A DNA stretch of 20,000 nucleotides from an uncultured virus (IMG/VR IMGVR_UViG_3300047510_001499). Taxonomy: Duplodnaviria > Heunggongvirae > Uroviricota > Caudoviricetes. Positions 1 to 9,023 of the stretch are shown here, one piece after another; positions within the stretch are counted from its first letter, which is position 1; the number at the start of each line of letters is the position of its first letter. The position numbers were made by a program, and so were the translations under genes. The stretch lies in IMG/VR virus record IMGVR_UViG_3300047510_001499. One strand, written 5' to 3'. The notes beneath the pieces are model-generated. The model did no database searches. It was not told where the DNA came from and saw only the letters and a list, made by a program, of their open reading frames with translations.

Positions 1-1
1 C

Positions 2-3000
2 AACTTTAGTCAAAATCAAATATACGATGTAACTAATTTATTATTAGATGGTCCTCGTATTGGTGAGGTTAATGGAACTCTAAATTATCCAACGGCTGTT
101 TTTAACTCAACTCCAACTGTGTTTGTTCCATTAGATGATGTTATTGCTGGTGGAGTTGGTATTTGGAGAACTTTTATAGAAGTTTATAATCCAGCAATCA
201 ATCAAACTACACCTCAACTTGGAACACCAACTGGTAGATTTAGAAAATATGAATTACAACAAAACCCAAACGGAACTTTAAAATGGAATGCTGGTCAGAA
301 CACATTTATATTTCCTGATATTCCAAGTGAAGTTCCATCTGAAATCGTTGACTTTCTTTCAGACACTAATTTACAAGATAAGAGATATCAAGTTGATGTT
401 ACTAAATTAAATTTAAATTATAAGTGGTATAATAATTTACCATCACAATTTGATGAGTGTATTATTAAGTTATTAAAACCCCTTGAAGCGTCAGTTGAAG
501 TGGGTGACGCTTTAACTGTTGATGCTAGAATCTTACCAACGTGGGTGGATAAAGTAATAGCATTTCCAGCAATCAAATCACAAGACAAAGATGACTTTTC
601 AACTCCAAACTTTGCGGTTGAAATGGAATCTTACGGAAAATCAGATGGAACTGATTGGAAAACTTGGAATGATTTGTTAGACGCAAATTTGTCTACATCT
701 CAACAAATTATTGATTACTATTTTAGCGGTTCCCTTGGAAAGATAAAGTTAAATATTCAATATAACGATTTCCAAAATTACATTCACTTTTCATCAGCAA
801 CCGAACGAGTTGATAATTTTGTATACAAACTTCAACAAATTGAAGCATACAATTCTCGTATTGATTTATTACAAAATGTTAGTGGGTCAACCGCATTAAC
901 TAATATTTCACAATCAATCACTCGTAGAGATAAAATTATAGGTGCGTTTGATGGATTTGAACATTGGATGTACTATCAAGATACATCTTCCATTTACACA
1001 CATTGGTCATCTTCGGATTATACAATTACACCATATCCAAAAGTGTCCACCTTCCCTTATGTTTTGTATCACACAACATCATCACAAGGTGAAACTTGGT
1101 ATAATGGTGTCTACGCATCTGCGTCTTTGTATGATTCTCAAAACCAAGCAAGACTTCGTAATATGATTCCAACTCATCTGCAAGAAGATGATAAAAATTC
1201 AGATTATGTTACATTCATTGATATGATTGGCCAACACTTTGATATTTCGTGGACATATGTAAAAGCCCTAACCGATATCAATAGAAGAGAAGAACATCCT
1301 TGGGATGGTATGTCTGATGAGTTATTGTTCAATGTTGCAAAGTCAATGGGTTGGTCTTTGTCTAATGGGTATGGTGATTCTGAACTTTGGAGTTATGTTC
1401 TTGGAACTGACCAAACGGGTTCACTATCACAAACAGGTCAATTAAAAACCAAGTCGCGAGAGAAAATTGTAAAAGAAACTTGGAGAAGAATTGTAAATAA
1501 CCTACCATACATTTACAAGACAAAAGGAACTCCAAGGTCAATCAAAGCACTTCTTGCTACATATGGTATTCCACAAGCATTTCTACAAATTCGTGAATAT
1601 GGTGGTCCTGTAATTGTGGATTCTCCAAACCAATACGAACACGAAAGATTTGTATACAAAGTAAACATTGACGCTCAAGCTGGGAAGTATATTGTAAATC
1701 CTTGGGGTGAAATTCAACCAGAAGGATATGCTGCGCTATTCCCAAGAGCAATTGAAGTTATTGCAAAATTACCTGCAAGTATAAGTTCAGATGATGGTGG
1801 TTCAACTGGCGAATACACTATTTTTGATATGGTTGTTCCTGGTCAAAGAATTTCAGTTAAATTTAATGGTGTTAATTCTACTACCGCTAACTTTACATTA
1901 GTTTCTGGCTCAACATCGTTATTAACCACAAATAACTTTACTTGGAATGGTGGTAGAGATGTTGTAATAGTTTTAAATAATGATTCAACAACTACATCTT
2001 TAAGAGCAGCTATGCCTGATAACTTTGGTAGTGTTCTTGCAAGTGTTAGTGCTTCGGCAGCCACCCCTAATGCTGTTGAAGATATCTGGTTAGATAGCGG
2101 CTCTTTAAATGTTGGTTCTCCAACCGATAATGACTACACCTCATTTAATTTACAAGAATTAAGATACTATTATAACATTGTCAGTCAAGAGATTGTTGAA
2201 GACCACGCAAAAAATCGTGATGCTTACTTTATTGATGATAACACAACTGACCTTGATACTACGGGTTCATTAGTTTCGTTGGTTTACCGTCAATTTTTTG
2301 ATAGTAAATATGGTGGGTCTAATTGGAATAGTGCTTCACTACATCCAAATCAAGAAGTAACTACTTTAGTTGATGGTAGAATTTTAAGTTGTTCGTTTGG
2401 TCCAAGTGTAACTTCAACTGACCTTGAAGGTGAGTTAGATACATACTACTCAAAGATTCCATCAGCAGGCGCATTAAATGTAAACAATAATAAAATTCGT
2501 ATTGAATCATCAAGTTTGGCCGGGGTATTATCACCTGATAAATCACAAGAAAGAAGTCAGTATGATTATGCTCCGCTTGATTCAAACTTGGTTGGTGTTT
2601 ACTTTTCAACTACCGACACTGTAAACTACGACATCTATAACTCCGAAGGTTATTTTGAGATTGATGATTGGGTTGGTGATACTGATGAAAGATACAATGA
2701 ATCATATCCATTGTTAAAGTATCGTTCACAAAACTACTTTGCAAAATACACAACAAAGACCGCACTAAATCTTATCCTGAGTTTGTTGGCTAGATATGAC
2801 TCATCTATTTTTAGTCAAATCAAACAAGTTCTTCCCGCTCGTGTAAATTATATGAGTGGTATCTTGATTGAACCACATATTCTTGAAAGAAACAAATACA
2901 AAAGAAATCGTGGTATCACACGAGACTATCATCAATATGTTGGAACTATTCCAATGTATAGTGAAGCAAACATAATCGGAAGTAGAAATGACTATGGGTT

Positions 3001-4075
3001 TAGTAGTGGTTCTCGTATTGTAAATGATGGTGCTATTGATTTATACAATTATGAACCATCTACATATCAGTATCAAATTGCAACTTTATCATCAAGTATT
3101 TCGTGTAGTATTGTTTCAACAAATGTAACTGCTAGTGTTTTAAGTGAAGGTTTGGTTGGTGGTAACAATGAATTTAATTTTACATCAGTTACTACAAACG
3201 CTTCTCTATTATCACATATAACATCAAGCGTTCTTTGGGTTATTGACAAAAATCAACAACAGGTATTTGTGAGCGGTGGTTTTTCAATTAGCGCAAGTGT
3301 TAGTTTAATAACTACAAATGATAGCGAAGGAACTATTCAACTTTCAAGTGGATATACTATTGACGGTGCATACACAGGTCAGACCCGTGTATTCATATTA
3401 GCATCAGCAAACGATATCAGTAGCGAAGGTTACGACCAGTTTAACTCATCAAGTTTATTTTGTGACTCTATAACCACCTATGTTAATAGAACAAATGGGT
3501 ATTGGGAATATTCACCAACCGGAAGTCAAGCGGTAAATGCTAGAACAACAAGTCAGGCGTTCATCGTTAATAGATTCTTTTCAACGGCTGGTTCCGCAAG
3601 TAGAAATGAAGCGTTTTCATCATCACTTTCGCCAGCGGATATTCAAGAGTATCGTGGATTGTCAATTGAAAATCTATACTTTAACGGATGTAGAATTTCT
3701 TCAGACTCTTTGACCACGGATTCAGCGGATACGCCGGATGGTGGTCCTGTAATTGAAGTAAATGTGGTTGATTCAAATACATTAGTTCTATCAACTAAAA
3801 CGGCATTAGATGGTGATTTACAAATTGGGTCTGCTGAACCAATTCAAACTATGGTTCCAACCGAACTTGTATCATTACAAAATTATGAATCATTAACAAC
3901 CGAAACATCAACGCAAAAACGAAATGATGTTGATGCTGAACAATATGTCTTAAATGGTCCGTTAATCTATGTTGCTCCATCAAAACCTTTGTATAGAGAT
4001 GCTGTTTCTACGGAAGAGCAATTAGATTCAAATGTGACAATTCAAACAAACTTTATACAACCACAAAATGGTTGA
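2..4075 (+). CDS. Large virion protein, probable baseplate wedge subunit (5'-truncated, >1350 aa)
   Basis: The frame is open from base 2 (NFSQNQIYDVTNLLLDGPRIG...), so the GTG at 119 is probably not the true start. It contains LPYIYKTKGTPRSIKALLATYGIP...IREYGG (core at 1508-1531), resembling the YxxKGT motif of P2 gpI/T4 gp7-type wedge proteins. A central beta-rich LamG-like region ends in LQELRYY. Confidence 0.65.
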   Translation, partial: NFSQNQIYDVTNLLLDGPRIGEVNGTLNYPTAVFNSTPTVFVPLDDVIAGGVGIWRTFIEVYNPAINQTTPQLGTPTGRFRKYELQQNPNGTLKWNAGQNTFIFPDIPSEVPSEIVDFLSDTNLQDKRYQVDVTKLNLNYKWYNNLPSQFDECIIKLLKPLEASVEVGDALTVDARILPTWVDKVIAFPAIKSQDKDDFSTPNFAVEMESYGKSDGTDWKTWNDLLDANLSTSQQIIDYYFSGSLGKIKLNIQYNDFQNYIHFSSATERVDNFVYKLQQIEAYNSRIDLLQNVSGSTALTNISQSITRRDKIIGAFDGFEHWMYYQDTSSIYTHWSSSDYTITPYPKVSTFPYVLYHTTSSQGETWYNGVYASASLYDSQNQARLRNMIPTHLQEDDKNSDYVTFIDMIGQHFDISWTYVKALTDINRREEHPWDGMSDELLFNVAKSMGWSLSNGYGDSELWSYVLGTDQTGSLSQTGQLKTKSREKIVKETWRRIVNNLPYIYKTKGTPRSIKALLATYGIPQAFLQIREYGGPVIVDSPNQYEHERFVYKVNIDAQAGKYIVNPWGEIQPEGYAALFPRAIEVIAKLPASISSDDGGSTGEYTIFDMVVPGQRISVKFNGVNSTTANFTLVSGSTSLLTTNNFTWNGGRDVVIVLNNDSTTTSLRAAMPDNFGSVLASVSASAATPNAVEDIWLDSGSLNVGSPTDNDYTSFNLQELRYYYNIVSQEIVEDHAKNRDAYFIDDNTTDLDTTGSLVSLVYRQFFDSKYGGSNWNSASLHPNQEVTTLVDGRILSCSFGPSVTSTDLEGELDTYYSKIPSAGALNVNNNKIRIESSSLAGVLSPDKSQERSQYDYAPLDSNLVGVYFSTTDTVNYDIYNSEGYFEIDDWVGDTDERYNESYPLLKYRSQNYFAKYTTKTALNLILSLLARYDSSIFSQIKQVLPARVNYMSGILIEPHILERNKYKRNRGITRDYHQYVGTIPMYSEANIIGSRNDYGFSSGSRIVNDGAIDLYNYEPSTYQYQIATLSSSISCSIVSTNVTASVLSEGLVGGNNEFNFTSVTTNASLLSHITSSVLWVIDKNQQQVFVSGGFSISASVSLITTNDSEGTIQLSSGYTIDGAYTGQTRVFILASANDISSEGYDQFNSSSLFCDSITTYVNRTNGYWEYSPTGSQAVNARTTSQAFIVNRFFSTAGSASRNEAFSSSLSPADIQEYRGLSIENLYFNGCRISSDSLTTDSADTPDGGPVIEVNVVDSNTLVLSTKTALDGDLQIGSAEPIQTMVPTELVSLQNYESLTTETSTQKRNDVDAEQYVLNGPLIYVAPSKPLYRDAVSTEEQLDSNVTIQTNFIQPQNG

Positions 4076-4095
4076 ATTTAATTTCATAAAAAAGT

Positions 4096-4105
4096 GATAT
4101 TTATA
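4096..4105 (+). promoter_or_regulatory. Putative phage late promoter motif GATATTTATA
   Basis: Lies in the largest intergenic gap. An identical 10-mer is at 14613-14622 and a variant at 17029-17038, each just upstream of a start codon. Confidence 0.5.
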
Positions 4106-4127
4106 TACATAAAATAAGGAAAACACT

Positions 4128-4793
4128 ATGGGATATTTAGATAATTCATCGGTAACTGTTGATGCGATTTTGACCAAGAAGGGTAGAGAACTTCTTGCAC
4201 AAGGTCGTGATAAGTTTCAAATCACTCAATTTGCACTTGCAGATGATGAGGTAGATTACAACCTTTGGAACCCCGCTCACTCATTGGGGTCAGACTACTA
4301 TGGTACAATCATTGAGAATATGCCCGTATTAGAAGCCCTAACTGATGAGAACTACACTATGAAGTATAAATTGTTGACTCTTCCAAAATCAACTGTAAAA
4401 CTTCCAATCATCACTCCTTCGGTGACTTCACTTTCTTTAGAAGAAGATGGTATCTCTTCAACCATCAACATTACAACCAAAAATGGTGGAAATACTTTGT
4501 TGGGCTACACCGCCGTGTTGTTAAATTCAGACGCTGCTACTATCGTAGGTAATCAAGGTGTTCCAGGTGGAACTTCTCCAAGTGTTAACACAACATCATA
4601 CATTTCTAATAAGAGTGTTACGGTGGTTGGTAAAGACGCATTTACAATTACAACCAAAGTTCTTCCATCTGCTACCGCAATTACAACTCGCATTATCTTT
4701 ATTGGTAACGAAACGGGTGGTAGAACCGAAGTGACTTTAACTGTAAACCCATACACAGGTAGAGTGTTAAACACAAGAACGATTGCAGGATAA
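4128..4793 (+). CDS. Virion tail/baseplate protein, N-terminus resembling the tail-collar fibre (DUF3751/P2 gpH N-terminal) start
   Basis: 221 aa. DAILTKKGRELLAQG...FQITQFALADDEVDY resembles the LTxxGxxxLA...ITxxAxGD pattern, followed by a beta-rich Ig-like C-terminus. AAGGA lies upstream of the ATG. Confidence 0.55.
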   Translation: MGYLDNSSVTVDAILTKKGRELLAQGRDKFQITQFALADDEVDYNLWNPAHSLGSDYYGTIIENMPVLEALTDENYTMKYKLLTLPKSTVKLPIITPSVTSLSLEEDGISSTINITTKNGGNTLLGYTAVLLNSDAATIVGNQGVPGGTSPSVNTTSYISNKSVTVVGKDAFTITTKVLPSATAITTRIIFIGNETGGRTEVTLTVNPYTGRVLNTRTIAG

Positions 4794-4813
4794 TAAACTA
4801 AAAGGACACTAAA

Positions 4814-6013
4814 ATGCCAATAAATCCAATAGACCCATCAGGCGGCGGATTCTCAAATACGGGAAATATCGGTGGAAACACCGGTGGAACTTCAACACCA
4901 TCCCCATCAGGTAATACACCACCACCAAGCACTTTGACCGCTCAACAACTTTTAGCGTTTGATATTAGTGAAAATAGAACGCCTATCGTTCCTGCCGGCG
5001 CATATAATGCTGGTAATGGTAAGGTATACACCGCATTCAGTACGGATGATGTGGTTGAAGGTGGAATCCAAAGAATTACTCGTGGATTGTGGAGTGGTAA
5101 TGTTGGTGAATTAACTTCATTCTGGACATCTTCATTTCAGTCTGCTACTCAAAAATCATACTACTACGAGATTTACAACGGTAACCCAACCACATCTACT
5201 TCAGAAGCACAATTCTCCATTGCATATGGACATAGATTAGGTAGTGGTTCATTTAGTACAGGTCCTGATTATGATGCTCCATCTAAAGCCATTTATGGTC
5301 AGTATCAACAAGCTCTTTTACCATCAACTCAAACCCAATTTATATTTGGAACTACAAACTCCGATGATATCTACGCTATTACAATCAATAGAGCAAGATT
5401 AAAGGATAAGTTAGATAGAGGAAACTGGGAATTGTGTTTGTCGGGTTCTTTAACAGGAAAGTTTGTTAGATTAATTGATGATAGTGGTGATGTAAATCAA
5501 AACTCATCAAATGACGCAGAGTCATACAATGTTGTATCCGGTTCTCTTGCTAATGGTGTATTTTCTGCAACACAAATCTTTGGTACTGTATACCCACATA
5601 GAGGTGTAATCATCCTAAATCCAGCGGCTCTTGACGCTTCTGCCTCATTAGGAACTGTTAGAACAATTAGTGATGCTCAGAACCACAACAAATTATTCCT
5701 TGCAATTAGCGGTGCTGCTGCTGCAAATTCAAGTAATGGTTTCCAAGCAAGAAACGAAGAAGAGGTAAAATCTACATTCTACTTTGTGAGAGCTAAAAAC
5801 GCAGAATATAATTTCTCAAACAACCCATCGTATGTTTCTGGTTCAAATGGTGAACTAAATCAACAAACATTTATTGGTGACTCAAAAACTTACATTACAA
5901 CGGTTGGATTATACAATAATGATAATGAGTTATTAGCAATTGCTAAATTATCTAAACCAATCTTAAAGTCATTCTCAAACGAGGTCCTTGTTAAGGTTAA
6001 ACTTGATTTCTAA
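4814..6013 (+). CDS. Virion tail/baseplate protein with C-terminal ITTVGLYNxxxELLAIAKL motif
   Basis: 399 aa with a G/P/T/S low-complexity N-terminus. The C-terminus YITTVGLYNNDNELLAIAKLSKPILK is paralogous to the end of 6606-8078. AAAGGA lies upstream. Confidence 0.6.
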   Translation: MPINPIDPSGGGFSNTGNIGGNTGGTSTPSPSGNTPPPSTLTAQQLLAFDISENRTPIVPAGAYNAGNGKVYTAFSTDDVVEGGIQRITRGLWSGNVGELTSFWTSSFQSATQKSYYYEIYNGNPTTSTSEAQFSIAYGHRLGSGSFSTGPDYDAPSKAIYGQYQQALLPSTQTQFIFGTTNSDDIYAITINRARLKDKLDRGNWELCLSGSLTGKFVRLIDDSGDVNQNSSNDAESYNVVSGSLANGVFSATQIFGTVYPHRGVIILNPAALDASASLGTVRTISDAQNHNKLFLAISGAAAANSSNGFQARNEEEVKSTFYFVRAKNAEYNFSNNPSYVSGSNGELNQQTFIGDSKTYITTVGLYNNDNELLAIAKLSKPILKSFSNEVLVKVKLDF

Positions 6014-6028
6014 AGATGTTTGTGTTAA

Positions 6029-6604
6029 ATGAGTATTGTATTCAAAAAAATATTCCAAGAGGGTCTACAAAGAAGACCCTTTAAGGCTCACAAAAGATAT
6101 GAAGTAACTAATTTAAATTACTCATCATCTTTTGGAATACAAGTATTACGAGCAATTAACCCAAACGATACGAAGGTAGAAATTTCATCTTCGGTTAATG
6201 GTAGTATTGCAGTAGACCCAAATACTCACTTTAATACAAACGCTTGGGGTTCAATGACTCAAGTGTCCCAAGAGGTTCTTTGGAGTTCTCTTAATCAAGT
6301 ATTTTTCCAAGAGTCGGATAAAGCTCTATATGATACTGCTTCGGTGATGTCTATACCTGTAAATAAGTTTGGTGATGGCATCAAACCTGGTTCAGTTTTT
6401 ATTACGGATAATTCACACTACCCATCGGCTTCAATAAAATTATACGACCAATCAATGGATGACTCATATGGTTTATTGATTGCAAGTGAATTAACATCTT
6501 CGGTAAAAATAAATCAATCTGATGTTGTATTAAAATTATCATTTGACAATACTACACGAGTTGTTGATTCTTCAAATTTTAAAAACGAAATTATAGTGAG
6601 TTGA
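6029..6604 (+). CDS. Virion structural protein, apparent N-terminal half of a split gene
   Basis: 191 aa. SVMSIPVNKFGDGIKPGSVFITD loosely parallels IYAITINRARLKDKLDRGNWELCL of 4814-6013. It ends in what looks like the first strands of a LamG domain (VVLKLSFD...VVDSSNFKN). Confidence 0.55.
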   Translation: MSIVFKKIFQEGLQRRPFKAHKRYEVTNLNYSSSFGIQVLRAINPNDTKVEISSSVNGSIAVDPNTHFNTNAWGSMTQVSQEVLWSSLNQVFFQESDKALYDTASVMSIPVNKFGDGIKPGSVFITDNSHYPSASIKLYDQSMDDSYGLLIASELTSSVKINQSDVVLKLSFDNTTRVVDSSNFKNEIIVS

Positions 6605-6605
6605 T

Positions 6606-8078
6606 ATGCCGACTTATACACTTACAACCAACTATACAAACAATGTAACTGGCTCTACGCTCCGTAGTTCCGCTGACCCGTTATCATCAATAGTTACAAC
6701 TCGTACAGTCAATGGAACTCAAACAGGAGGTTATCTATTTAATGTTGCATATCTTCATCCCGATAGTGGTTATGAGTTTACTTCTGTTGGTAATATTTCA
6801 TTTGTACTTGATGGTAACCCATATACACCTGGGTCTGGTGTAATTGGTGCTTCTCTAAACCCAAGCGGATATATAACTATCCAAACCACACAACAAAATC
6901 CAAGTAATACATACAATTTAGTATTAAATGGAACCTCTACAGTAGAAGCTCCACCCGTTGAAGATACCGGTTCCGGTGGCGGCGGAGGTGGTGGAGGTGG
7001 TGGAGGCGACGCCGGCGTTTCAACTACAAGTGGTGTGGGTGGAACTGGATATGCATATTCATTTGCAGCAACAACTCAAAGTATTCTTGTAAGACATAAC
7101 TCTAATTTTGATGTCTTTAATAAAAATGATGATTGGGCCGTTTCATTTTGGGGCAGTCTACCAATATCTCAATCCGCTGTGGGTGATTTTTCTACCGAAA
7201 AGTTAATCGTATCAAAACACATCGCGGAACGATACATAAACGAAGATGGAACTATCACCACTCAAAATAGTGAAGTTGGTTCTTACCCATTTAAAATTGG
7301 AGTTTATACAAAATATTCCGATGCGGGTAATGATGGTAAAGTATTCTTTGAGACATCTGATGGTACTTCTACTAACCGCGTAACTTCATCAGCACAATAT
7401 AACGACACCGCATATAGACACTTTACCTTTAATAAAACGGGGTCTTTATATGAAATTTGGGTGAATGGCGCAAGAGTAGTAAGTCAATCAGTTTCATATT
7501 CATTTAATATCAATAACCAAAAAGATATTTTAATTGGTAATGATTCATATGGTAATGAATTTGGATTTAGTGGTTCAATAGATGAATTTCAAATTCATAG
7601 AGTAGGTCTTACATCAGCAGAAATTGGTTCACTTGCAGATAATAATTTAGTAAGTGGTTCATATCTTCAAAAAAATGATGTTGGGTATGTATTCTACAAA
7701 CAAGGTATGATTGTGGTAACTGACCCAAGACCACGATACCAAAATGTTCTTTTGGGTGATGGTAATGGTTCTTATACAAATAAAAACTATCAAGTTGATT
7801 ATCGTTCAACAAAAGTCGTAGAGGAAGTAGTTGCTCTTTGTGAAATTGGTAAAGAAGAATTTCTTGTTACATCAAACCCATCCGCAAGATACGCTCCAAG
7901 TGAAAATGAATTCCAACTGGCAGGATTTACAACATCATCTTCATTCTATCCATATGTAACTACAATTGGATTGTATAATGATGCCGGTGATTTATTAGCA
8001 ACGGCAAAATTGGGGTCTCCTCTAAAGCGTAGGTCTGATGTTGATGTAACAGTTCAAATTAAATTTGATATAGATTAA
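6606..8078 (+). CDS. LamG/concanavalin A-like domain virion protein with tail-collar-like C-terminus
   Basis: 490 aa. LamG hallmarks are WAVSFW, YRHFTF, IWVNG, ILIG and FSGSIDEFQIHRVGLTSAEI. C-terminus is YVTTIGLYNDAGDLLATAKLGSP. A poly-Gly linker follows a ~120 aa N-terminal domain. Confidence 0.75.
   Translation: MPTYTLTTNYTNNVTGSTLRSSADPLSSIVTTRTVNGTQTGGYLFNVAYLHPDSGYEFTSVGNISFVLDGNPYTPGSGVIGASLNPSGYITIQTTQQNPSNTYNLVLNGTSTVEAPPVEDTGSGGGGGGGGGGGDAGVSTTSGVGGTGYAYSFAATTQSILVRHNSNFDVFNKNDDWAVSFWGSLPISQSAVGDFSTEKLIVSKHIAERYINEDGTITTQNSEVGSYPFKIGVYTKYSDAGNDGKVFFETSDGTSTNRVTSSAQYNDTAYRHFTFNKTGSLYEIWVNGARVVSQSVSYSFNINNQKDILIGNDSYGNEFGFSGSIDEFQIHRVGLTSAEIGSLADNNLVSGSYLQKNDVGYVFYKQGMIVVTDPRPRYQNVLLGDGNGSYTNKNYQVDYRSTKVVEEVVALCEIGKEEFLVTSNPSARYAPSENEFQLAGFTTSSSFYPYVTTIGLYNDAGDLLATAKLGSPLKRRSDVDVTVQIKFDID
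6975..7007 (+). repeat. GGN trinucleotide run encoding an 11-glycine linker
   Basis: ggt ggc ggc gga ggt ggt gga ggt ggt gga ggc, in frame within 6606-8078. Confidence 0.95.
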
Positions 8079-8080
8079 GT

Positions 8081-8788
8081 ATGGCTATCACATTTACAAA
8101 TGGATTTACAACAATAACAAACAATGGTGGTTCTTTTGTGAATCCAACTTTGACTTTTGGGTCGGCTGTAACAACAGCAGTTCAAAGTCCATTTTCCGGC
8201 GGTGGTAATTCCTATCAGTTTAGTTCATCGGTAAACAGCTTTATTAGTTTGGTAGCAAGTAGTGATTGGGCTCCAGGTACGGCAGACTTTACAATAGAAT
8301 GGTTTAGCTATCAGACATCAACAGGAAGTTTTCCAAGACCATTTTCAGTTGGAAATTACTCAACCGCTCCCATCGCAGTTAGTATTGAGGGTGGTACTTT
8401 TTACTACTGGGCAAACGGAGGATTTAGGTATTCAAATTCAGCTGGAACAATTTTAAATTCGTGGGTACATTGGGCTGTGGTAAGAGGTAGTGGAGTTACA
8501 AAAGTTTATAAAAATGGAACCCAATTGGGTAGTCAAATAACCGATACAAATAATATAACCAATACGAGCACCGAACTTACTGTGGGAAATGAAACCACAA
8601 AATCAACCGGCGCTGCTTTAATTGGATATTTAACAAACTTCCGCTGGGTCAAAGGATTAGCAGTTTATACTGGAGATTTCACAGTCCCAACATCAGCTTT
8701 AACAGCAACGGCAAATGCAAATCCATATGGTGGGTCTAACACACAAGCTATTGGTGATGGATATACTAAATTACTATTAGTTCCTTAA
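8081..8788 (+). CDS. Stand-alone LamG/concanavalin A-like lectin domain protein (putative adhesin/decoration)
   Basis: 235 aa. DFTIEWF, WVHWAVVRGSGVTKVYKNG, LTVG and GYLTNFRWVKGLAVYTGDFTVPT...TKLLL form a typical phage LamG-3 pattern. Confidence 0.8.
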   Translation: MAITFTNGFTTITNNGGSFVNPTLTFGSAVTTAVQSPFSGGGNSYQFSSSVNSFISLVASSDWAPGTADFTIEWFSYQTSTGSFPRPFSVGNYSTAPIAVSIEGGTFYYWANGGFRYSNSAGTILNSWVHWAVVRGSGVTKVYKNGTQLGSQITDTNNITNTSTELTVGNETTKSTGAALIGYLTNFRWVKGLAVYTGDFTVPTSALTATANANPYGGSNTQAIGDGYTKLLLVP

Positions 8789-8789
8789 A

Positions 8790-9023
8790 ATGAAAAATTG
8801 GACACAATACTATAATGAAAATAAAGACAAAATGTCTTTAAATGAAATGGTGCGTCAATACAATATGGTTTTGTTGCAAAATCAACAAGAATTTATATTA
8901 AGACAACAATCTCATAGAAGAAGTGGTAGTCCGTTTGAATCATCCACTCAAGATTCCGGGTTTTTATTACAAGAAAATAATGACTATTTATTACAAGAAA
9001 ACAACGATAGGATACTTTTGTAA
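8790..9023 (+). CDS. Small hypothetical protein with C-terminal LLQENND repeats
   Basis: 77 aa. It fills the gap between neighbours exactly, its stop overlaps the next ATG (TAATG), and it ends FLLQENNDYLLQENNDRILL. Confidence 0.7.
   Translation: MKNWTQYYNENKDKMSLNEMVRQYNMVLLQNQQEFILRQQSHRRSGSPFESSTQDSGFLLQENNDYLLQENNDRILL
8964..9011 (+). repeat. Two-copy 24-bp tandem repeat (LLQENNDx)
   Basis: TTATTACAAGAAAATAATGACTAT followed by TTATTACAAGAAAACAACGATAGG; the differences in the first seven codons are synonymous. Confidence 0.9.

Noticed and set aside
119..121. GTG start given for the first ORF
   Set aside because: The frame is open back to base 2, so the gene probably starts upstream of the window.
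6594..6608. Stop-codon reassignment or programmed frameshift joining 6029-6604 to 6606-8078
   Set aside because: TGA readthrough meets TAG about 20 codons later. The downstream frame has TAG and TGA at 6594-6599 and no clear slippery site. The other TGA (4073-4075) is followed by ATT TAA, so there is no evidence of recoding.
6969..7016. G-rich tract as a G-quadruplex or regulatory repeat
   Set aside because: It has only GG doublets and is fully explained by mixed glycine codons of a linker.
8964..9011. Tandem repeat as a mini CRISPR array
   Set aside because: There are two adjacent copies with no spacers, in frame, with synonymous variation.
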